The position numbers and the translations under genes are program-made. The notes under the pieces were generated by a model. It saw only the letters and a list, made by a program, of their open reading frames with translations, made no database searches and was not told the DNA's origin. From the NCBI GenBank assembly GCA_021793035.1, contig JAJYTM010000001.1, positions 1-27,758 on the forward strand: DNA of 27,758 bases, read 5' to 3'. Below, piece after piece: positions 1-7,846 of the stretch. The stretch is from Candidatus Micrarchaeota archaeon. Its GTDB lineage: Archaea; Micrarchaeota; Micrarchaeia; Micrarchaeales; Micrarchaeaceae. Within the stretch, counting starts at the first letter, position 1. Each line of letters starts with the position of its first letter.

Positions 1-1600
1 TCTCGACCTTGTCAACAACGAAGTAGTTGAGCCTGCTATATGCCGAAGCGTTGACTGCAAGCGCGTATTTGTCGTCATAGCTGCATATGCCAGCAACCCT
101 GCCGAAGAATCCCGCATCTATCTTTTCGTGCAGGCCCTTCTCTATCCTGTCGTAAGCATTGCCCGAAAGCGCCAGCTGCTCCCTAACCCCCAGCTTTTCA
201 GCGTCAGCCTTCGACCTCTCCTCCACGAGAGCCTCTATATTCTTCTGCAGCGCCAGCACCTCCTTCATTATCCTTCCTTTTTCTGAATTGCTGGATTCGA
301 GCTCCTTCCTCTTTGCATCAATGAGCTTTGCGAACTCCCTGAGCTTCGCTTCTGCGTTCCCCTCATCATGCTCCAGTCCATCAACCGACTTGCTTATCCT
401 ATCGATATCGGCATTGAGCAATGCCTTCTTGTTGCTCAGCTCGGATATCATGCCTGCATACGAATTCAGCCTTTCCGCCGATGCCTTGTACTCTGAAGAT
501 ATGGTCTCAGAATCGTCAGCGCCTTCGCCCTGCGCCGCAGGCACCTGCATATCCAGTTCTGATGCCTTCGCTTCGCTCTCTTTGATGCTGGATTCGTCCT
601 CCTTGAGCTTTTCCTCTATGCTGGATGCATCTGCAGCTAGCTGCCTGCCCCTCTCGCCGAGCTCCTTCACGCTTTTCTCTATGGTGCCGAGCTCGGAGCC
701 CCTGACTGCAATATCCCTGTTCAGCTGCTCAAGGAGCTTGTTGATGGAGCTTGCCCCTACGGAGCTCTCGTTTATCTTTTTCGACAGGGCATCCCTCTTT
801 TGCGAGAAATCCGATACGCTCACATCTATCTCCATCAGTCTCGCGCCAAGAGACTCCTTGCTCTTCCTGCCGGCTTCATAATCCCTTACCGCGCTGTTGT
901 ATGCGGCTAGCACCTCGTTCTCCCTGCGCGTCAGCAGCGAATAGTTCAGGCGCTTTGCCATGTCGCTAAGCTTCGCGTACTGCTCCGCCTGCTCCTTCTC
1001 CCTCTCTAGCTCCGCCATGAACCCGATGCGCTCGTTAAGGACCATCTGCGCCGCGCCGATTTTGGTCTCGACCTTGTCAAGCTCCTTCAGCGCAGCGTCC
1101 TTCTTGACATCGAACTCCTTTATGCCCGAAGCTATGTCTATGAGCTCCCTCCTCTCCCTTGCGTTCAAATCCAGGAGCTTTCCTATTTCGCCCTGCGTTA
1201 TTGTGTTGGTCTCGTTTATGTTGCTCTCCTTCTCGTTGAGGAACGATACGAGCTCCTGCCTTGTGACCCGCTTGCCGTTCAGCCTATAGACGATCTTGTT
1301 GTTCCTTATCGTGCGCAGCACCTCCGCAGGCATGTCCCCTCCGAGCACCGCCTTGACATATGTCGGGTGCATCTCCTTGTCCTTTTCATTGCCCCTGGTG
1401 TCATTTATGAGCTGCGTGACGTTCGTTGCCCTGAGCCTGCGCAGGGATTGTTCTCCGAGAACGAAAAGGAGCGCGTCGCATATATTCGACTTTCCAGAGC
1501 CGTTAGGGCCGGCGATGCAGTTGAAGCCCTGGCTGAACTGTATGTTCGCATGCTTGAAGGATTTGAAGTTGTGGATTACAAGCCTTTCAACGTGAAGCAT
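1..1600 (-). CDS. smc: Chromosome segregation protein SMC, 5' part (533 codons in window; continues beyond the left edge)
   Basis: Manual reverse-strand translation from ATG at 1600: MLHVERLVIHNFKSFKHANIQFSQGFNCIAGPNGSGKSNICDALLFVLG (Walker A GPNGSGKSN). A long charged coiled coil follows, then hinge-like GFFGRVAGICSYDDKYALAVNASAYSRLNYFVVDKVE at the window edge. GGTG lies 5 nt upstream of the ATG. Confidence 0.95.
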   Translation of the reverse strand, partial: MLHVERLVIHNFKSFKHANIQFSQGFNCIAGPNGSGKSNICDALLFVLGEQSLRRLRATNVTQLINDTRGNEKDKEMHPTYVKAVLGGDMPAEVLRTIRNNKIVYRLNGKRVTRQELVSFLNEKESNINETNTITQGEIGKLLDLNARERRELIDIASGIKEFDVKKDAALKELDKVETKIGAAQMVLNERIGFMAELEREKEQAEQYAKLSDMAKRLNYSLLTRRENEVLAAYNSAVRDYEAGRKSKESLGARLMEIDVSVSDFSQKRDALSKKINESSVGASSINKLLEQLNRDIAVRGSELGTIEKSVKELGERGRQLAADASSIEEKLKEDESSIKESEAKASELDMQVPAAQGEGADDSETISSEYKASAERLNSYAGMISELSNKKALLNADIDRISKSVDGLEHDEGNAEAKLREFAKLIDAKRKELESSNSEKGRIMKEVLALQKNIEALVEERSKADAEKLGVREQLALSGNAYDRIEKGLHEKIDAGFFGRVAGICSYDDKYALAVNASAYSRLNYFVVDKVE

Positions 1601-1661
1601 CTATACACCAGGTCGCCTAATCGCCTAAAATGATTAGGTATGGAAATATTATTAATAGCAT

Positions 1662-2768
1662 TTAAGCCTTTTCAGGCGCGTTCTTCTTGGCGTTCGGATT
1701 GTTCTTTGCCATCCTGAGCGCTATCACATACTCCAGGTGCTGCCCCAGTACAATTCCTACAAACTTGCCCCTCTTCTTTACTGCAAGCAGACCAATGTTC
1801 TCGGTAGCCATCATCTCGAGCGCCTTTGACAGCTTCGCGTTCCAGTCTACCGATGGCAGGGGCACGCTGGCCTCGTACGCGGTTGTGCTCGGCAGCTTGC
1901 CGAACGCGCCCTGCGGCTGCAGCTTTGTGACCAGCCTTATGCTGCCGCCGTCCTTTATGATTATTATGTGCGTGCGCTCCCGCATCATTATCTTGTACAG
2001 CTGCTCCATTGACGCATTCTTCTCGACTGCTGCGTAATTGCTGCTCATCACGTCCTTTACGTGCAAGTCAGATGTGTACTCCTTCATGTATGCGTTCTGC
2101 ATCTCGGCCTTCGCGCCTCCGTACAGGTACATCGCTATAAGGACGTCCCAGAACACAATGAACTCCTTCTCGAACAGGGAGTAGTTCACAAGCGCGGCCG
2201 CATATATTATTGTGCCGACTATGAGCAGCACCACGACTACGTTGCTCGCCTTTACCGTTATCTGCGTGGCCCTCAGGTAGCTGCGCTTCCTCTGCAGATA
2301 GCTCCTGAAAACCCTTCCACCGTCAAGCGGGAATCCCGGTATGAAGTTGAATGCGCCGAGAAGTATGTTGATGAGGAACAGGAACTGGACCAGCTGCTTC
2401 ACTATGCCCGCAGGTATGTACACGACCATTACGCCGAATACAAATCCCAGGAACATGCTCATCAGCGGGCCTACTACGGATATCCTGTACTCGAGCTCTG
2501 GCGCTATGTCATCGGTATCCATGACGGAGGCGCCGCCTATCGGCAGCAGGACTATCTTCTTTATGTTTATGCCGTTCCTCTTCGCGGTTATCGAATGCGC
2601 GAGCTCGTGTATGAATACGCATACGAACAAAAGCACTATCACTAGGAACAAGTATATCAGCGCCGGAGTAACGGCTAGTAGGAACAGCCCGAGCAGGAGC
2701 AGCACTACGAATGTCCAGTGCAGCTGCACCTTGATGCCGAATACATTCCCAATATACGGTGAATCCAT
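1662..2768 (-). CDS. Site-2 protease (M50 zinc metalloprotease) with C-terminal CBS-like domains
   Basis: HELAH (HExxH) and NFIPGFPLDGG (NxxPxxxLDG) motifs, several TM segments, CBS-like C-terminus (VKDVMSSNY...LLAV...FVGIV). Start set at MDSPY (2768) after GAGGT; the ORF track uses 2792. Confidence 0.92.
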   Translation of the reverse strand: MDSPYIGNVFGIKVQLHWTFVVLLLLGLFLLAVTPALIYLFLVIVLLFVCVFIHELAHSITAKRNGINIKKIVLLPIGGASVMDTDDIAPELEYRISVVGPLMSMFLGFVFGVMVVYIPAGIVKQLVQFLFLINILLGAFNFIPGFPLDGGRVFRSYLQRKRSYLRATQITVKASNVVVVLLIVGTIIYAAALVNYSLFEKEFIVFWDVLIAMYLYGGAKAEMQNAYMKEYTSDLHVKDVMSSNYAAVEKNASMEQLYKIMMRERTHIIIIKDGGSIRLVTKLQPQGAFGKLPSTTAYEASVPLPSVDWNAKLSKALEMMATENIGLLAVKKRGKFVGIVLGQHLEYVIALRMAKNNPNAKKNAPEKA

Positions 2769-2866
2769 GCTACCTCTATAGTATTGCAGCATAAAAGACT
2801 AAAAGTATAGCGGGGCATTTGTGCAGCGACATAAAAGATTATTAATGCAGAACGTTCATTATCAAT

Positions 2867-3619
2867 GTGAAAGACATAAAGTTCGTATACGAGCACCCTG
2901 CCGCAATCATACATGCCAACGGCCGGGACCGGCTTGTCATAGGCGACCTGCACATCGGCGCCGAGAAGAAGCTTATAGACAAAGGAGTTAAGCTATACAA
3001 CGCGACCAGCATAATGGCAAAGGAGATAGTCTCAATAGCTTCTGAATTTGACATCGGCGAGATAATAATGCTCGGGGACATAAAGGACAGCATAATGCAC
3101 CCCGAGCACGGCGAGCTCATGAGCATAAAAGGATTCTTCAACGCCCTTGAAGGGTATAAAGTAAAGATGGTCAGGGGCAACCACGATGCGTACATAGGTG
3201 AGATAACGGGAATCGAACCTGTCGACGAACTGCTCATAGGGAGGTTCGCACTGCTGCACGGGAACAGGTGGCCCACGGAGCCTGCCATGCGGAAAAGCTA
3301 CATAATGACAGCGCACAACCACATATCGGTGTCGTTCAAGGACAAGCGAGGCGGATACTACCAATACAAGGCATGGATGATAGCAAAGCTGAACCCAGAG
3401 GAAGCGGCAAAGCGCTACGAGCGCTTCAACAGGAACGCGAAGCTGGTCATGATGCCTGCGTTCAACGAGCTCATAATGGGCATGCCGATAAGCAGGCATG
3501 ACAGCGACAACATCAACCCGCTGGTGCGCAACAAAATCTTCGACTATGCAGGCGGCACCGTATACAATCTCGCGGGAGAGAACCTGGGCAGGCTAAGCAA
3601 AATAAGCGAACCAGTCTAA
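2867..3619 (+). CDS. Calcineurin-like metallophosphoesterase (archaeal COG1407-like)
   Basis: GDLHIG, LGDIKD, RGNHD, LHG and AHNH motifs in the canonical order; C-terminal MPAFN. Confidence 0.85.
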   Translation: MKDIKFVYEHPAAIIHANGRDRLVIGDLHIGAEKKLIDKGVKLYNATSIMAKEIVSIASEFDIGEIIMLGDIKDSIMHPEHGELMSIKGFFNALEGYKVKMVRGNHDAYIGEITGIEPVDELLIGRFALLHGNRWPTEPAMRKSYIMTAHNHISVSFKDKRGGYYQYKAWMIAKLNPEEAAKRYERFNRNAKLVMMPAFNELIMGMPISRHDSDNINPLVRNKIFDYAGGTVYNLAGENLGRLSKISEPV

Positions 3620-3816
3620 TTCGTGCCCTCCGCTCTCAATATGGTTATCGGTATCACGCCCTTGCCGAATTCAAGCTCGGCGAGCATTACCGGATCAACT
3701 ACTCCCTCTGGCACCTTTATGAGCGGCGGTGCGCCGTATGCCAGCTCAAGGGCCCTCGCACCGACAATCCTGGCCTTTTCGTACTTTGTATAGCTTTCTT
3801 CCATAGGGATCATCAT
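3616..3816 (-). CDS. rpoK: DNA-directed RNA polymerase subunit Rpo6 (K)
   Basis: YTKYEKARIVGARALELAYGAPPLI signature. The ATGA overlap with the upstream reductase stop supports a start at 3816 (alternative 3804). Confidence 0.95.
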   Translation of the reverse strand: MMIPMEESYTKYEKARIVGARALELAYGAPPLIKVPEGVVDPVMLAELEFGKGVIPITILRAEGTN

Positions 3817-5258
3817 ATAGGGTTTGGCTTAAATCTTTCCTTGACTTCGTGCATCTCTTTCTTTACGCGCTCCTTCCAAGCGTCGAATTCTTTTGGCGAA
3901 GCGGGATAATTGCCGTAAAGTGCGCTGAACTCCTTCATCTTGTTTATTACGAACAGAAGGTTCGAGAACGCAGATATATTCCTGGCGCCCTTAAGTGCGA
4001 ATTTGAACTTCGAAACCATGCTAAGCTCCGGCGTCTTGCCGTAGCTGATGCTCTCAGCCTCCTTCGACGTAAGGAAATTCTTCATCCCGTAGTTTATTAT
4101 ATCATCGTTGAGCGACTGCAGGTATATCCTGAATACTTCGAGCCCTGCGGTCTTGTTACCATATTCCTTGTTGAATTCAACATTGTACCTCCACAGGCCA
4201 TTGACGCTGACATCCCCCGCCTCTATTGCTTCTGCGGCGTTCTTGCCTGCAAGTATGCCCGCCACCAGGGCTGGCCCTATCCCTCCAGCGCTTATCGGGT
4301 TAGGCATAGCCATGCTGTCCCCGGCACCCATATAGCCGTTGAAGACCAGGCTTTCCATCTGCCTCCTCACCGCTACCGACCAGTATCCCTTCCCATTGTT
4401 GAAGTCGTTGTCCAGCACCGGGTTCTTTATCACTGGATTTGACCTCACATATTCATCCATAAGCGTGTGCAGGGTATCGTTCTTGCCGAGTTTCTCATTC
4501 CTTATGTCAAGGCTGCGCTTCTGCACACCGATGCCTATATTGACCCGCTTGCCGTTCTTAGGGAATACCCACCCATAGCCTCCTGGTGCCATCCTCTGGT
4601 TCAGGTGTATGAGTGCATTGTCCGGATCATAGTAATTCTTGTCCTCGTGGTCCACTTCGAATGAGTATATGTACCTGCCGGTGGATTCAACGTCATCGAT
4701 GTCTATCATCTTATCTACGAAATTGTTCTCAGGCAGCCTCCTCCTCAATGTAGTTGCTATGCCAAGCGCATCTATGACAATCCTGGCCCTGAACTCCTTG
4801 TGCTCTTTCTTGCTGTCCTTGCCGAATACACCTACAACGAAATTGTCCTCTATTACGGGCCCCTCTACCTCAAACTCCTGCACATATTCGGCCCCGCTTC
4901 TTATCGCCATGTCGAGGAGCTTCTGCTCGAACAATGGCCTGTTGAGCACATAACCCTTACCCTCAAAAAGGAAACGCGATTCAAGGTCAGGCGAGAGGGC
5001 GTATACACCATCAACCTTCTTGTCCAGCTCAGGATAGTCAAAGTCCATATCTATGTAAGATTTTATGAACTGCAGGTGCCCATCGGCAACGGCATCGCCG
5101 CATACCCAGCCCCAATTGGTCTTCTTGCCCGCTTCTTCCTTCCTGTTCCTGTCCAAAAGCAGTACACGTAGACCCTTGCGTGCAGCCATGGTTGCCGCTA
5201 ACGATCCAGACATGCCGGAACCTGCCACTATTATATCATATGGTTTGTTATCTGCCAT
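3813..5258 (-). CDS. Geranylgeranyl reductase family FAD oxidoreductase (DGGGPL reductase-like)
   Basis: Rossmann motif IIVAGSGMSGSLAA, VCGDAV, LNRPLFEQKL, PGGYGWVFPK (PxxYxWxFP) and GAGDSMAMPNPISAGGIGPAL. Start MADNK at 5258 (ORF track 5267). Confidence 0.85.
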   Translation of the reverse strand: MADNKPYDIIVAGSGMSGSLAATMAARKGLRVLLLDRNRKEEAGKKTNWGWVCGDAVADGHLQFIKSYIDMDFDYPELDKKVDGVYALSPDLESRFLFEGKGYVLNRPLFEQKLLDMAIRSGAEYVQEFEVEGPVIEDNFVVGVFGKDSKKEHKEFRARIVIDALGIATTLRRRLPENNFVDKMIDIDDVESTGRYIYSFEVDHEDKNYYDPDNALIHLNQRMAPGGYGWVFPKNGKRVNIGIGVQKRSLDIRNEKLGKNDTLHTLMDEYVRSNPVIKNPVLDNDFNNGKGYWSVAVRRQMESLVFNGYMGAGDSMAMPNPISAGGIGPALVAGILAGKNAAEAIEAGDVSVNGLWRYNVEFNKEYGNKTAGLEVFRIYLQSLNDDIINYGMKNFLTSKEAESISYGKTPELSMVSKFKFALKGARNISAFSNLLFVINKMKEFSALYGNYPASPKEFDAWKERVKKEMHEVKERFKPNPI

Positions 5259-5365
5259 AATATGCACTCACTTTGCCTGATTGAAAAGCGAATAAAGCAA
5301 CAAAGCAATATAAGTAAGAAACATTAAATATTTATTTCTGTGGCTGTGCAACGCAGTAGATGATG

Positions 5366-5468
5366 TGCGGGGGGTGAGATTCGGACTCACGAAGGTGCTA
5401 GACCACAGGATCTTAAGTCCTGCGCATTTTTCCGTGGCCTGAGCCAAACCAGACTTTGCTACCCCCGC
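5366..5468 (-). tRNA. tRNA-Leu(UAA) with a 19-nt intron in the D-loop (intron 5429-5447, position about 20/21)
   Basis: Reverse complement: GCGGGGG TA GCA AAGTCTGGT [TTGGCTCAGGCCACGGAAA] AA TGC G CAGGA CTTAAGA TCCTG TGGTCTAGCACCTTC GTGAG TCCGAAT CTCAC CCCCCGC A. All stems pair after intron removal. Long variable arm, A73, CCA not encoded. Confidence 0.92.
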
Positions 5469-5476
5469 CCATATGT

Positions 5477-6214
5477 TCATGCATACATCGACGGGCCTGT
5501 CGAAGGCTGCGCCTCTATGTCGTGCGGCGACTGCTTGCTCTTCTCGAGCAGGTCGCGTATCCTGGCCTCAACCTCCTTGGCCTCTTTGTCGAGCTCGCCC
5601 ACATCTATGTCTATGTCGAGTATCTTGTTTATCTTCTCAATCGCTAGCTCTGCATACCTGGGGTCTATCATCTCCGGGTTGACCTGCACCAGCAGGTTTA
5701 TGTCGCTGGTGCTGTCTATGGCGGCCCTCATAATCAGGCATGCACTTATGCCCGTAGCAACTCCCTCGCCTATCTTCTTAATGCCCGCAGCATCAAGAGT
5801 TTTGCTGAGCTTCGGCAATGACACTATGCCGAACACCGAATCGCCATCGGGCTTTTCTACCGGTACTCCGCTGAGCGATATGGTCATTGAGAACTTGTTC
5901 TTCTTTATGAACTCATTGAGCGAGTCCGCTATATGGTATATCGAAGCTTCCTTGTTGGGGCTGGTCTCGGCGAACAGCGCCGCCATCTTGTATTTCTTGG
6001 AATAATAGAGCCTGACTGGCGGCAGCGGCATATCGTTGTGTATGGATACCAGCGGCGGCAGCAGCTCGCTGTCCACATATCCAACGTAATCCATCGAGAG
6101 CTTGTTCACGATGTAGCTTATGGCCATAGGCCCTACGAGACCTGCCCCTGGGAACCCTTCTATAAATGTGCAACCGCTAAAGTCTATCTGCTTCAAAAGC
6201 TTTATCTCTACCAT
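5477..6214 (-). CDS. Proteasome assembly chaperone PAC2 family protein
   Basis: FIEGFPGAGLVGPMAISYIV, LPPLVSI, PPVRLY, ISLSG, IDPRYA and IDIDVGELDKEAKEVE motifs. Start MVEIK at 6214 (ORF track 6223, TTG). Confidence 0.9.
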   Translation of the reverse strand: MVEIKLLKQIDFSGCTFIEGFPGAGLVGPMAISYIVNKLSMDYVGYVDSELLPPLVSIHNDMPLPPVRLYYSKKYKMAALFAETSPNKEASIYHIADSLNEFIKKNKFSMTISLSGVPVEKPDGDSVFGIVSLPKLSKTLDAAGIKKIGEGVATGISACLIMRAAIDSTSDINLLVQVNPEMIDPRYAELAIEKINKILDIDIDVGELDKEAKEVEARIRDLLEKSKQSPHDIEAQPSTGPSMYA

Positions 6215-6370
6215 ATATATCAATAGTTCTGCTGATAGAACATATAAAAAATGTAGCTAAAATAATCAGTTACTGGCAGCAACGTGAGCGTTTCTCTGCG
6301 CGTTATTGCTAAATCGGAACATATTTATATCTCATAAAAGTGCGGTTTTTATGACGATAGACGACGATAC

Positions 6371-6395
6371 TTATTTAAATCTATATTATTTATAA
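6371..6395 (+). promoter_or_regulatory. TATA-box-like AT-rich promoter of the 74 aa basic protein
   Basis: TTTAAAT (6374-6380) and TTTATAA (6389-6395) lie about 15-37 nt upstream of ATG 6411. Confidence 0.55.
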
Positions 6396-6410
6396 GATAA
6401 ATGTGATTAA

Positions 6411-6635
6411 ATGGCTGAAAGAGTAGGAAGCGAAGCAATAGAGAGAGAAGACGGCTACCTCTATTATCTTGGGAAGGATGGATACGCTTGGAGAACCCCT
6501 ATGAAGTCCAACAAGCGCGGAAGGAAGCAGAAGGTTGGATCTGAGAAGATACAGAGGGCTGACGGATACCTGTACTTCATAGACAAGAAGGGCTACATAG
6601 CAAGGACCAAGATGAACAGGAGGGGAAGGAGGTAA
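6411..6635 (+). CDS. Small basic protein with an internal tandem repeat; function unknown, candidate nucleic-acid binder
   Basis: 74 aa, 20 K/R versus 9 D/E. Two 28 aa repeats share 17 identities (VGSExIxRxDGYLYxxxKxGYxxRTxM). Host-like codons, with its own promoter and T-rich terminator. Confidence 0.85.
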   Translation: MAERVGSEAIEREDGYLYYLGKDGYAWRTPMKSNKRGRKQKVGSEKIQRADGYLYFIDKKGYIARTKMNRRGRR

Positions 6636-6640
6636 ATAAC

Positions 6641-6687
6641 TCTTTTTGTTTAAATCTTTTTCTTTAATCTTTTTCTGTTTTTTTCTT
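6641..6687 (+). terminator. Archaeal oligo-U terminator tract
   Basis: tctttttgtttaaatcttttctttaatctttttctgttttttttctt-type T runs begin just after the stop at 6635. Confidence 0.7.
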
Positions 6688-6778
6688 GCGCGGCCAATGC
6701 GCGCTTTGTAAATGCATAAACACATCAAAAAGGCAAATTATAAATCCACACATGTACAAATATCATACCGGAGCTGCA

Positions 6779-7351
6779 ATGATTATCGATGAAATAAAGA
6801 TTGAAGCCTGCAAAGGCGTTTACATGCCGCGCGAAGACTCGTACCTGCTTGCCGCGGCTACCGAGAAATATGCGAGCGGCAGGGTGCTCGACCTGGGCAC
6901 CGGGAGCGGAATAAATGGGATAGTAGCAGCAAAGAAAGGCTGCGACGTGACGTTCGCGGACGTCAACAGCCTGGCGCTTTCATGTGCCCGACGCAATGCC
7001 GAGCTCAACGCAGTGAAAGGCGAATTCGTGAGCACCGACCTATTCAGCAACATAAACAAGAAATACAACACCATACTGTTCAATCCGCCCTACCTGCATT
7101 CCAAGCCTCTCCACGGAATAAAGAATCCGGATGGCGAGGACATTGCCGTGAACGGCGGAACGGACGGCCGCGAGCTGATTAACTCTTTCCTCAACACATA
7201 CCGGGATTACGTGCTTCAGGACCATACAGTGCTGCTTCTTGAAAGCTCGCTTAACAGGTATGGCGAGGACGTCAAGAGGCATAATGCCGAGATAATAAGC
7301 ACAAAGCCCTTCATGTTCGAGACCCTCGTGGTGCTGAAGATAAGTGATTGA
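6779..7351 (+). CDS. HemK/PrmC (Mtq2)-like class I SAM methyltransferase, probably for release-factor glutamine methylation
   Basis: VYMPREDSYLL, VLDLGTGSGI, ILFNPPYL and GGTDGRELI motifs. Start MIIDE at 6779 after GGAG (the ORF track start at 6686 crosses a terminator). Confidence 0.85.
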   Translation: MIIDEIKIEACKGVYMPREDSYLLAAATEKYASGRVLDLGTGSGINGIVAAKKGCDVTFADVNSLALSCARRNAELNAVKGEFVSTDLFSNINKKYNTILFNPPYLHSKPLHGIKNPDGEDIAVNGGTDGRELINSFLNTYRDYVLQDHTVLLLESSLNRYGEDVKRHNAEIISTKPFMFETLVVLKISD

Positions 7352-7840
7352 ATGGCAGCAAATGTTGAATTTGTGGGCATGGAAAAAGATGAAGATACGT
7401 CTATGATTATAGGCCATGCAGGATTCATAAAAACGGTCGAGGACCTGTATGAGGCACTTACAAATGCAGTGCCGCAGATAAAATTCGGCCTCGCATTCGC
7501 CGAAGCCAGCGGCAAGCGCCTTCTGAGGAGCGATGGCAACGACGGGCAGCTGGAAGAGCTGGCCCAAAGGAACCTGATGGCGATAAATGCTGGCCATACT
7601 TTCCTAATAATGTTCAAAAACGCCTACCCCATAAATGTAGTAAAGCACGTGCGCGATGTGAACGAAGTCGCGGCACTTTATTGTGCCACAGCCAATCCTG
7701 TTTCGGTTGTGATAGCGGGCGGCAACGGCAAGAGGGCCGTGATTGGCATATCGGATGGAGACACAATGCTCGGCATAGAGGGAGAGACTGACAAGAAGGA
7801 GCGGCATGACCTGCTGCGCAAAATAGGCTATAAGGAGTAA
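7352..7840 (+). CDS. Adenosine-specific kinase / AMP-binding family protein (COG1839)
   Basis: FIKTVEDLYEAL, FGLAFAEASGKRLLRSDGND, AGHTFLI, NAYPINV and CATANPV motifs. Confidence 0.9.
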   Translation: MAANVEFVGMEKDEDTSMIIGHAGFIKTVEDLYEALTNAVPQIKFGLAFAEASGKRLLRSDGNDGQLEELAQRNLMAINAGHTFLIMFKNAYPINVVKHVRDVNEVAALYCATANPVSVVIAGGNGKRAVIGISDGDTMLGIEGETDKKERHDLLRKIGYKE

Positions 7841-7846
7841 TGAAGC

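Noticed and set aside
159-1633. Plus-strand ORFs of 72-240 aa over smc
   Set aside because: Antisense shadows: Ser/Leu/Phe-rich translations mirror the Glu/Lys-rich coiled coil on the minus strand.
5268-5480. 70 aa minus-strand ORF between PAC2 and the reductase
   Set aside because: It coincides with the tRNA-Leu gene.
6411-6635. Naming the small basic protein as CC1, Cren7 or Sul7d
   Set aside because: I cannot match it to those families from memory with confidence; left unnamed pending a profile search.
6779-7351. NPPY methyltransferase as a restriction-modification DNA methylase
   Set aside because: Its short length and the PREDSYLL and GGxDGR motifs fit the HemK/PrmC protein methyltransferases; there is no target-recognition domain or adjacent nuclease.
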